This document shows, piece by piece, positions 42,608 to 50,767 of a DNA stretch of 55,050 nt. Below the pieces are notes generated by a model, which was given only the letters and a program-made list of their open reading frames with translations, had not been told where the DNA came from and did not search any database. The position numbers and the translations under genes are program-made. Position 1 is the first letter of the stretch. Each line of letters begins with the position of its first letter. The stretch covers positions 1 to 55,050 of the forward strand of contig CAIJMI010000005.1 of assembly GCA_903821745.1 (NCBI GenBank). The letters run 5' to 3'. The stretch is from Candidatus Gottesmanbacteria bacterium (GTDB taxonomy: Bacteria; Patescibacteriota; Microgenomatia; UBA10105; UBA927).

Positions 42608-42678
42608 AGCGGGATAAGGGAATCGGACCCTCTTCTTCTCCTTGGGAAGGAGATATACTACCGGTGTACTAATCCCGC
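42608..42678 (-). tRNA. tRNA-Gly (anticodon CCC) with a non-canonical T-loop
   Basis: Reverse complement folds as GCGGGAT-TA-GTAC-ACCGGTA-GTAT-A-TCTCC-TTCCCAA-GGAGA-AGAA-GAGGG-TCCGATT-CCCTT-ATCCCGC-T. The T-loop reads TCC instead of TTC. Confidence 0.8.
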
Positions 42679-42701
42679 TTATACAGGGATTATAGCAAAC
42701 T

Positions 42702-43244
42702 TTAGGGTAATCGGAGAACGGTATTTGGGTATATAAGATTCGGATCGCTGATAAGAGAATTTACCTGTACGATATCAACCCATTTATATCCTGTTCCGTA
42801 TGTTCGTTCGGAAATAGACCATAACGAATCGCCTTCGACAACTGTAATTTGATTGACATGTGTTGTCACAGTATCGGTCGTTGCACCGTCAAGAATATCT
42901 CCCTGAGTATCAATCGGTTTAACATTTGGAATTGTGAGTGTTTGTCCAATTTCAAGATAATCTGGTTGATTCAATTTGTTTTCGCTTGCTATGTCTACCC
43001 AGTTATATCCGCTTTGATAAAATTGAATTGCAATATCCCACAATGTGTCGTCTTTCTTCACTGTGTATTTCGTTGGTAAAGTCGATTCATTGTGTATTAA
43101 TTTTTGATTGTTTTGGTTTTGTTCATAAATTGATGAAATGATGGAATAAGAAAGTACACCAATAATGATAACTATAACAAATCCGACAATAAGAGAAATA
43201 AGAGAGTCAGATTTCCGAAGTACTTTTTTTAATGATTTCCACAT
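42702..43244 (-). CDS. membrane-anchored protein with two LysM peptidoglycan-binding domains
   Basis: TM helix (LISLIVGFVIVIIIGVLSY) and two LysM repeats (YTVKKDDTLWDIA...GQTLTIP and ITVVEGDSLWSIS...NTVLRLP). The second ATG (43244) is chosen because the first five codons contain GGAGG 8 nt upstream of it; the alternative start is 43259. Confidence 0.85.
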   Translation of the reverse strand: MWKSLKKVLRKSDSLISLIVGFVIVIIIGVLSYSIISSIYEQNQNNQKLIHNESTLPTKYTVKKDDTLWDIAIQFYQSGYNWVDIASENKLNQPDYLEIGQTLTIPNVKPIDTQGDILDGATTDTVTTHVNQITVVEGDSLWSISERTYGTGYKWVDIVQVNSLISDPNLIYPNTVLRLP

Positions 43245-43285
43245 ATATTCTGCCTCCATTCTAGGGCAGAAATAGAGTATATTTG

Positions 43286-43360
43286 CGGGACCGAAGGGGT
43301 TCGAACCCTCGACCTCTTCCTTGACAGGGAAGCGCTCTAACCAGGCTGAGCTACGATCCC
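43286..43360 (-). tRNA. tRNA-Asp (anticodon GTC)
   Basis: Reverse complement folds as GGGATCG-TA-GCTC-AGCCTGGTTA-GAGC-G-CTTCC-CTGTCAA-GGAAG-AGGTC-GAGGG-TTCGAAC-CCCTT-CGGTCCC-G. The T-loop is canonical. Confidence 0.9.
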
Positions 43361-43386
43361 AAATGCTTTTGTATTATACTGAATGT

Positions 43387-45159
43387 ATGACAAACCTTCA
43401 ATTGGCGGAACTTTTACGCAATATTGTTGCAGTATATCAGATTAATGAGGAAAATAGATTTAGAATTGTTGCGTATGAACGGGCTGCAGATAGTATTAAA
43501 CATTTAACCAGTGAAGCAAAAGATTATTGGGATGATGGAAAGATTAATGAAATACCTGGGGTGGGACCCACGATTGCCGGTCATCTTGATGAACTTTTTC
43601 GAACTGGTCATTCCAAACATTTTGACAAAACGCTCGCGCTGGTCCCCCAAAGTATTTTTCCTTTGCTCCTTGTTCCAGGTATCGGTCCAAAGCGGGCATA
43701 CAAACTTGTGAATGAATTACATTTAATGAATGAAAAAACTGTGGTAAAAGATTTGTTGACAAAAGCTGCACTTCATAAAATTGCACCGATGGAAGGATTC
43801 GGTGAAAAATCAGAAGAAGAAATAATAAAAAATATTAATACATATTTAAAGGGTGGTATTAAGGAAAATCGTATTAATATTCGGGATGCAGACGAAATCG
43901 CAGATTCCATAAAAACGTTTTTATTAAAAAACAAGCACATTTCAAAAGTTGATGTGTTGGGGAGCTTGCGACGGCGAGTGGCAACAATTGGAGATATTGA
44001 CATGGCAATTATAACGGATGATGCGCCAAAGGCAATTGATTACTTTTGTACCTATCGTCATGAGAAGATTATAGAAAAAGGACCGACAGGTGCTTCGCTG
44101 CTTCTTACAAATGGTCGTCAGGTTGACCTTCGTGTCCAGGATGCGGATTCGTACGGTGCGATGCTGCAATACTTCACGGGTTCAAAAAATCATAATATTA
44201 AGCTTCGAACATATGCGCTGTCCAAGCATTTGTCGCTTTCAGAATATGGAATCAAAGAAGGAAAAAAGAATGTAATCAAGAAATTTAAAACAGAAGAAAC
44301 ATTTTATGAATATATCGGCATGCCGTGGATCGCTCCAGAGCTTCGGGAAGACCATGGTGAGGTTGAGGCAGCAATTCATCATAAATTGCCCAAGCTTGTA
44401 GAGCCATCTGATATTCGGGGGGATTTCCATATCCATACCAACTACAATCTCGAGCCATCGCATGATCTTGGTAGAAGTGGGCTTGTTGAAATTTTGGATC
44501 GCGCAGCTTCACTTGGGTATGCCTATATTGGTATTAGTGACCATAATCCAAGTGTTGGTAATCATACTGAAGAACAGATAATTGACATTATGAAGCGACG
44601 AAAAGCATTTTATGAACAACAATATAGTTCATGGTCAAAAAAGAATAAGAATAGTGTTCAATTATTTATTATGTTAGAGATTGATATTAATCCTGATGGT
44701 GATCTAGCGCTTCCAACAAAAGCTTTTGAGTATATAGACGCCGCAATAATTTCTATTCATTCGAGTTTTCAACAGACGCGGGATGATATGACAAAACGTT
44801 TGATTAAGGCGATAAATGCTCATCCAAAAGTTAAGATTATTGGACACCCAACAGGACGTCTGTTAGGAAAACGAGAAGGTATTGAGGTTAATTGGAAAGA
44901 AATATTCTCATTAGCAGTTGAAAAACAGATCGCCTTGGAAATAAATGCACATCCATATCGACTGGATTTGCCAGATGTTCTTGTTTATGACGCAATAAAA
45001 CAAAAAGTGCCGCTCGTGATCGATTCTGATACGCACGGACTTGGCGATATAGAGAATATGCCGTATGGAGTATCTGTTGCCAGGAGAGGTTGGGCGGAAA
45101 AAGATGACATTTGGAATACCTTTTCGTATAATGATATTAGTAAATGGCTTAAGCCATAA
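43387..45159 (+). CDS. polX: family X DNA polymerase with a C-terminal PHP phosphoesterase domain (PolX)
   Basis: HhH motifs (IPGVGPTIA, VPGIGPKRA), catalytic GSLRRRVATIGDIDMAI, and PHP motifs DFHIHTNY, ISDHN, DSDTH. The track start 43321 lies inside the tRNA-Asp gene; ATG 43387 is chosen. Confidence 0.85.
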   Translation: MTNLQLAELLRNIVAVYQINEENRFRIVAYERAADSIKHLTSEAKDYWDDGKINEIPGVGPTIAGHLDELFRTGHSKHFDKTLALVPQSIFPLLLVPGIGPKRAYKLVNELHLMNEKTVVKDLLTKAALHKIAPMEGFGEKSEEEIIKNINTYLKGGIKENRINIRDADEIADSIKTFLLKNKHISKVDVLGSLRRRVATIGDIDMAIITDDAPKAIDYFCTYRHEKIIEKGPTGASLLLTNGRQVDLRVQDADSYGAMLQYFTGSKNHNIKLRTYALSKHLSLSEYGIKEGKKNVIKKFKTEETFYEYIGMPWIAPELREDHGEVEAAIHHKLPKLVEPSDIRGDFHIHTNYNLEPSHDLGRSGLVEILDRAASLGYAYIGISDHNPSVGNHTEEQIIDIMKRRKAFYEQQYSSWSKKNKNSVQLFIMLEIDINPDGDLALPTKAFEYIDAAIISIHSSFQQTRDDMTKRLIKAINAHPKVKIIGHPTGRLLGKREGIEVNWKEIFSLAVEKQIALEINAHPYRLDLPDVLVYDAIKQKVPLVIDSDTHGLGDIENMPYGVSVARRGWAEKDDIWNTFSYNDISKWLKP

Positions 45160-45171
45160 AGGAGGAATCAT

Positions 45172-45723
45172 ATGACACCATTATTAGTTATTGGAATAAT
45201 CGCAGTACTTCTCGTTCTTTTTATTTGGTCTCTCTATAACGGTCTTGTGACCATGAAAACACAGATTGATGAAGCGTGGAGCCAAATTGACGTTCAGCTG
45301 AAACGCCGAACAGATTTAATTCCAAATTTGGTTGCATCCGTAAAAGGGTACGCAAAGCACGAAAAATCAGTATTTGAAAATGTTACAAAAGCACGGTCAG
45401 CAATGATGGGTGCGGAAAGTCCAGAACAAAAAGCAAAAGCAAATGATCAATTAAGTGGCGCGTTAAAATCATTGTTTGCAGTTGCTGAGAACTATCCGCA
45501 ATTAAAGGCAAATGAAAATTTCTTGCAACTCCAGCAGGAACTCGGAGATACAGAAGATAAGGTTGCCTACTCACGCCAATTTTATAATTCCACAGTCATG
45601 GATTATAACGTGAAAGTAAAAGTATTCCCGAATGTGTTTCTTGCTGGAGCATTCGGGTTTACAGAAAAACCATTCTTCAAGACGGCAGAAGAAGAGAAGA
45701 AAGCAGTAAAGGTTGAATTTTAA
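45172..45723 (+). CDS. lemA: LemA family protein
   Basis: N-terminal TM plus the LemA signature ([44 protein letters not shown]). AGGAGG SD. Confidence 0.9.
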   Translation: MTPLLVIGIIAVLLVLFIWSLYNGLVTMKTQIDEAWSQIDVQLKRRTDLIPNLVASVKGYAKHEKSVFENVTKARSAMMGAESPEQKAKANDQLSGALKSLFAVAENYPQLKANENFLQLQQELGDTEDKVAYSRQFYNSTVMDYNVKVKVFPNVFLAGAFGFTEKPFFKTAEEEKKAVKVEF

Positions 45724-45737
45724 GGTAAGGTCCGGGC

Positions 45738-46625
45738 ATGTCAATTCGATCGCAAATTCAACGTAATATTCTTCGTTCCTATCTATTCATGGTGGTGTTT
45801 ATTTTGTTGGTTGTCGCTTTATCCTATATTTTTGGCCATGCCTTTGGGTACGGCGATTCGTTTATTGGTATAGCAATCGTTTTTTCAACAATTTCAAGTG
45901 TGGTGAGTTTATTTTTTGGTGACGCAATTGTTCTTGCTATGACCGGAGCTAGAAAAGCAACTCGTGAGCAGGATTTTGATTTTTTTACGGTTGCTGAAAA
46001 CGTCAGTATGGCTGCTGGGCTTCCGATGCCAAAACTGTATGTGATTGAAGACCCTGCGATGAACGCTTTTGCAACCGGACGTGATCCAGGTCATGCAGTT
46101 GTCTGTGCAACATCGGGTTTACTTGCGAAGCTTGATAGGCGTGCAATAGAAGGGGTCGTGGCTCACGAACTTTCTCATGTAAAAAATTACGATATTCGCA
46201 TGATGGCGGTTGTGACTGTACTTGCAGGAACGATTGCATTTGCTTCAGATATGTTTATGCGTAATTTATGGTGGAGAGACCGTGATAATGATCGGAATGA
46301 TTCAGGAGTCTTTATGCTTATCGGAATTGTTCTTGCGCTTATTTCTCCGTTGATTGCATCATTGATTCAATTGGCAATATCCAGAAAACGTGAATATCTT
46401 GCTGATGCAACCGGCGCACTCATAACCAGATATCCGGAAGGACTGGCCAGAGCGCTGGAAAAAATTGGGAAAGAAACTCTTGTGATGAAACATGCATCCA
46501 ATGCAACAGCACATCTGTTTATTGCAAATCCGTTTAAAAATAAAAAAACACGTGCCTGGTTTTCTGGTCTTTTTGATACGCACCCGCCCATTGCTCAACG
46601 TATTCGAATCCTTCGGGCAATGTGA
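45738..46625 (+). CDS. htpX: M48-family zinc metalloprotease HtpX
   Basis: TM helices, HELSHV zinc motif, EYLADATGA, THPPIAQRI. Confidence 0.9.
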   Translation: MSIRSQIQRNILRSYLFMVVFILLVVALSYIFGHAFGYGDSFIGIAIVFSTISSVVSLFFGDAIVLAMTGARKATREQDFDFFTVAENVSMAAGLPMPKLYVIEDPAMNAFATGRDPGHAVVCATSGLLAKLDRRAIEGVVAHELSHVKNYDIRMMAVVTVLAGTIAFASDMFMRNLWWRDRDNDRNDSGVFMLIGIVLALISPLIASLIQLAISRKREYLADATGALITRYPEGLARALEKIGKETLVMKHASNATAHLFIANPFKNKKTRAWFSGLFDTHPPIAQRIRILRAM

Positions 46626-46636
46626 GTATAATAGGG

Positions 46637-47947
46637 ATGCATCTCATGAAACAACTTCGATATACTATCGCGTGTCTTTCTGGTTTAAGCGCATCGTTTC
46701 TTAGTCGTTTTTTAAAACTCGGTGCTGGCGCAACATGGCCTGGAGAAATAGCACTTCGTATGTATCCTCAAATTCTTGCAACACTTTCAAAACGAATAAG
46801 AAAGGGAATAATTATTATTGCTGGAACAAATGGTAAAACAACGACATCAGGGATGACGAGTGCGATACTACGTCATGCTGGATATTCCGTGTTACATAAT
46901 ACGAGTGGTGCAAATTTATTAAACGGCATTATCTCTTCTTTTTTTGTGTCCTGGAGGTTGGTTGATTTTGCAGTGTTTGAAGTTGATGAAAATGCATTCG
47001 CGAAAATACTGCCGTTTATCCATCCAAAAGCGATTGTTTTGTTAAATCTTTTCCGTGATCAGCTTGATCGGTATGGAGAAGTAGATACAATTGCTGCCTT
47101 CTGGAGAAGTTCACTGCAATCATTTGACGATAAAACAACAATTCTGGCAAATGGGGATGATCCAACTATTGCTGTGATGACAGAAAAATTACGTTCGAGA
47201 GTTGTTTATTTTGGACTAGAAGATCCAAAATATTATCTGCCAAAAATGCAGCATGCAACGGATTCCATTTATTGTCCAAAATGTGGGACGAGATTAACAT
47301 TTGGCGGGGTATATTTTTCCCATCTTGGAAAATGGGCCTGTGGTGCTTGTGGATTCACTCATCCAGATGTTCTCATTCAAAGTAGCGACTACACATCTCC
47401 GCTTGAAGGTGTGTATAACATCTACGATACACTAGCAGCAGCGTCTGTTGGAGAAGTATTGCGTATTGATAAAGGAGAAATCCAACAGGCACTGGATCAG
47501 TTTACACCGGCGTTTGGTCGGATGGAATCAATTGCGTATCAAGGAAAAACCATACGCATTTTATTATCCAAAAATCCAACCGGATTTAACGAGTCGTTAC
47601 GGACTATCCTTGCCTCATCTCAAAAAGGTCCGATTATGTTGCTTCTTAATGATCGAATCCCTGATGGAACGGATGTGAGTTGGATTTGGGATGTGGATTT
47701 TGAACAACTCACGGAATGCGCATATCCAATAATTATTTCGGGTGACCGGGTCTATGATATGGCAGTCCGTATGGCCTATATTGAAAAAAAGAAAAAACAA
47801 TTACCTCTGCAGGTTGTTGAAAATCTTTCATCAGCAATTGTTGCAGCAACAGAAGCAGCAAAAGAAAATGAAACAATATGGATACTTGCAACGTATTCAG
47901 CAATGCTTGATGTACGAAAAATTATAACGGGAAAAAAGATTTTATAA
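46637..47947 (+). CDS. murT: lipid II isoglutaminyl synthase, Mur-ligase-like subunit MurT
   Basis: P-loop IIAGTNGKTTTS, Cys4 ribbon CPKCGTRL...CGACGF inserted in the central domain, and a DUF1727-like C-terminus (LLSKNPTGFNE, DVSWIWDVDFE). The start is ambiguous (GTG 46622, ATG 46637 or ATG 46646). Confidence 0.8.
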   Translation: MHLMKQLRYTIACLSGLSASFLSRFLKLGAGATWPGEIALRMYPQILATLSKRIRKGIIIIAGTNGKTTTSGMTSAILRHAGYSVLHNTSGANLLNGIISSFFVSWRLVDFAVFEVDENAFAKILPFIHPKAIVLLNLFRDQLDRYGEVDTIAAFWRSSLQSFDDKTTILANGDDPTIAVMTEKLRSRVVYFGLEDPKYYLPKMQHATDSIYCPKCGTRLTFGGVYFSHLGKWACGACGFTHPDVLIQSSDYTSPLEGVYNIYDTLAAASVGEVLRIDKGEIQQALDQFTPAFGRMESIAYQGKTIRILLSKNPTGFNESLRTILASSQKGPIMLLLNDRIPDGTDVSWIWDVDFEQLTECAYPIIISGDRVYDMAVRMAYIEKKKKQLPLQVVENLSSAIVAATEAAKENETIWILATYSAMLDVRKIITGKKIL

Positions 47948-47949
47948 CT

Positions 47950-48729
47950 ATGAAATATTCAATAACGATTGGTTGGTTATATCCGGAACTCATGTCGACA
48001 TATGGTGATCGTGGAAATATTTTAGTGCTACAAAAACGATGTGAATGGCGCGGTATTACCTGCACAATTGTTCCCATTGATTTTCAGTCAAAAGAAGAAG
48101 ACATAGCAAAAATGGATATGATTTTTGGCGGTGGAGCTCAGGATCGGCAACAGGGAATACTGATTGATGATTTACGGAAACGAAAAGGTCCGGTTCTTAA
48201 AAAGTTATTGGAGCGGAATATCCCAGGTCTTTTTGTGTGTGGTTCTCCACAACTTCTGGGATCTTTCTATATGACGGGAGATGGAAAAAAACTTGAAGGG
48301 CTGGGACTTTTTGATATGGAAAGTAGACATTTTGGAAACGGCAAACCACGATGTATCGGAAATATGTTGATCCGTATCCCCAACACATTTGAAATTCCTG
48401 GATTACGCTTTCTGGATACGGTAGTAGGATTTGAAAATCATGGCGGACGAACCTATCTTGGAACCGGACTTACACCATTTGGTACCGTTCTTGTTGGGAA
48501 TGGAAATAATGGAGAAGATACAACAGAAGGGGCAAGATATAAAAACTGGATTGCTACTTACTCTCATGGACCACTGCTGGCGAAGAATCCGCATATTGCA
48601 GATTGGCTGATTTCAAAAACATTGGAAGTAAAATACAAAAAGAAAATAAAGCTCCAAGAGTTGGATGACGTGCTCATGTGGCAAGCGCATGATGCAATGT
48701 TAAAAAAGTTGTACGTTACGAAAGAGTAA
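47950..48729 (+). CDS. gatD: lipid II isoglutaminyl synthase, glutaminase subunit GatD (CobQ/CobB-type amidotransferase)
   Basis: ITIGWLYPELMSTYGDRGN, nucleophile Cys in LFVCGSPQLLG, GFENHGGRT, and catalytic His in YSHGPLL. Lies directly downstream of murT. Confidence 0.8.
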   Translation: MKYSITIGWLYPELMSTYGDRGNILVLQKRCEWRGITCTIVPIDFQSKEEDIAKMDMIFGGGAQDRQQGILIDDLRKRKGPVLKKLLERNIPGLFVCGSPQLLGSFYMTGDGKKLEGLGLFDMESRHFGNGKPRCIGNMLIRIPNTFEIPGLRFLDTVVGFENHGGRTYLGTGLTPFGTVLVGNGNNGEDTTEGARYKNWIATYSHGPLLAKNPHIADWLISKTLEVKYKKKIKLQELDDVLMWQAHDAMLKKLYVTKE

Positions 48730-49009
48730 CGCCGATATAATCTATTTTTGGAAAATCTTTCCGAATAATCTCCCAGAATTTTTCTGATAGATTTTGAGAA
48801 AATTTACTGTACATACCGCCTTCGGTTTTTCCACAGAGGCGCCGTTCATAATCATGAATAATATCTTGGATTTCACGCCCAACCGTATTAAACTCCGCTT
48901 GCGTAAGTTTTGGATTTTGGACGTAGCGTTGGTGAATCGTAAAAAATTTATCAAACGCTGCCTTGTTCTCATCTATCATGGTTTGATATATAAGTTGATA
49001 TTGGCGCAT
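48716..49009 (-). CDS. hypothetical 97-aa helical protein
   Basis: ORF fills the gatD-gatC gap on the opposite strand. Its 3' end overlaps the gatD 3' end by 14 nt. I recognise no family. Confidence 0.45.
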   Translation of the reverse strand: MRQYQLIYQTMIDENKAAFDKFFTIHQRYVQNPKLTQAEFNTVGREIQDIIHDYERRLCGKTEGGMYSKFSQNLSEKFWEIIRKDFPKIDYIGVTLS

Positions 49010-49039
49010 GAGAATATTTTACGGTAGAATGGAAGCATT

Positions 49040-49348
49040 ATGCAATCGTCTACAAAAATAACTTCGGATATCGTCTCGCATATCGCAGCACTTGCAAATA
49101 TTCCAGTGACGGAAAAAGAATCACAAACACTCGCTGACGGGTTTACAAAAGTGTTGGAAGTCGTTGATACGTTATCGACAATTAATGTATCAGGCGTTGA
49201 TCCGGTCGGACAAGTAACAGGACTTGAGAATGTGACACGGGAAGATGAAATCCATGAAGAACGGATGTTTACCCAGGAAGAGGCACTACGGAATGCCCCA
49301 CGGACACACAATGGGTATTTTGTTGTGGATCAAATATTAGATAAATAA
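49040..49348 (+). CDS. gatC: Asp/Glu-tRNA(Asn/Gln) amidotransferase subunit C
   Basis: IAALANIPVTEKE...VDTLSTINVSGVDP...REDE pattern; precedes gatA and gatB. Confidence 0.85.
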   Translation: MQSSTKITSDIVSHIAALANIPVTEKESQTLADGFTKVLEVVDTLSTINVSGVDPVGQVTGLENVTREDEIHEERMFTQEEALRNAPRTHNGYFVVDQILDK

Positions 49349-49351
49349 CGT

Positions 49352-50767
49352 ATGTTCAATACACTCACAGTTAAAGAAGCAATTAAAAAATTAAAGGCGA
49401 AAGAAATTTCGCATCAAGAATTGTATACGGATTTAGCCAAACACATTGCAAGTACAAATGAAAAATTAAATATTTATCTTAGCGTTGATAAACAGGTTGA
49501 ACAAAAAGCAGAAAAACTGCTTGATGCGCCGCTTGCCGGAATCCCTATTGCCGTGAAAGATAATTTTTTGACCAGAGAATTACCAACAACTGCAGCAAGC
49601 AATGTCCTTATAGGATTTATGTCTCCGTATGAATCAACAGTGACCAAAAAAATAGTTGCAGCAGGAGCTGCCATTATTGGTAAAACAAACATGGATGCGT
49701 GGGCACACGGTTCAAGTACGGAAACATCAGATTTTGGGCCGACAAAAAATCCAAGAAATCCAGAACATTTACCTGGCGGTTCATCAGGAGGAAGTGCCGC
49801 AGCAGTTGCCGCAGACGTCTGTATTGGCGCAATTGGTTCTGAAACCGCGGGTTCTGTTCGTCAACCATCATCATGGTGCGGTGTTGTAGGACTGAAACCA
49901 ACATATGGTCGAGTCAGCCGGTATGGAGTTGTTGCAATGGCCTCATCAACAGACAGTCCTGGGCCAATCGGAAAAACAGTGGAAGATACGGCAATTCTTT
50001 TTGAATCCATGGCAGGTCGTGATGAAAAAGATGCAACTACCCCGAATAAAGAAGTTCCACAACTTTCAAAAGAAATTGCGAACGGTGTGAAGGGTATACA
50101 TATCGGTATTTGTTATACCGACCATCCTGAAATTGGAAAACAACAAGTATCTCAACAAATTCTTGAAGCAGGAAAACTGTTTGAAAAACATGGAGCACAT
50201 GTCTCGTTAGTTCCAATATCCGAGAAGGTGGAAAAAGGAAAAATTTTTACACCGGATTTTGCAATTGGTGTTTACACGGTTGTACAACGTGGAGAAGTTT
50301 CAAGTAACCTTGCGCGGTACGACGGGATTAGGTACGGAAATGATAGAAGCTTCTTTGGTGCCGAAGCAAGACGCCGCATGATGCTTGGAACATTTACCCT
50401 TTCAAAAGGGTATTCTGAGCAGTATTACAATAACGCACAAAAAGTGCGAAATCTATATTTGCAGAATTTCCAGGAATTATTTGAAGCGTATGATCTTTTG
50501 ATTTCACCAACAACGCCGTCGTACGCCGAAAAACTTGGAGCAAGTTTTGGTAGTCCGATGTACGGAGAACTTGAAGACATGCTGTTGGAACCCACAAGTA
50601 TTTCAGGACTCCCCGGTATTTCAGTTCCATGTTTCCGGGATGAAAAAACAAATCTGTTCTTAGGTATGAATATTGTGGCATCATGGTGGCAAGAAGAAAA
50701 AATGATACAAGCTGCGCATTTGTATGAAATGGAAACACCATGGAATACATGGAGAAACAAGATATGA
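49352..50767 (+). CDS. gatA: Asp/Glu-tRNA(Asn/Gln) amidotransferase subunit A
   Basis: Amidase signature GGSSGGSAAAVA, KDNF, GSETAGSVRQPSSWCGVVGLKPTYGRVSRYG. Confidence 0.92.
   Translation: MFNTLTVKEAIKKLKAKEISHQELYTDLAKHIASTNEKLNIYLSVDKQVEQKAEKLLDAPLAGIPIAVKDNFLTRELPTTAASNVLIGFMSPYESTVTKKIVAAGAAIIGKTNMDAWAHGSSTETSDFGPTKNPRNPEHLPGGSSGGSAAAVAADVCIGAIGSETAGSVRQPSSWCGVVGLKPTYGRVSRYGVVAMASSTDSPGPIGKTVEDTAILFESMAGRDEKDATTPNKEVPQLSKEIANGVKGIHIGICYTDHPEIGKQQVSQQILEAGKLFEKHGAHVSLVPISEKVEKGKIFTPDFAIGVYTVVQRGEVSSNLARYDGIRYGNDRSFFGAEARRRMMLGTFTLSKGYSEQYYNNAQKVRNLYLQNFQELFEAYDLLISPTTPSYAEKLGASFGSPMYGELEDMLLEPTSISGLPGISVPCFRDEKTNLFLGMNIVASWWQEEKMIQAAHLYEMETPWNTWRNKI

Noticed and set aside
43321-43386. 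Upstream extension of the polX ORF
   Set aside because: It runs through the tRNA-Asp gene on the opposite strand. PolX helix-hairpin-helix similarity starts after ATG 43387.
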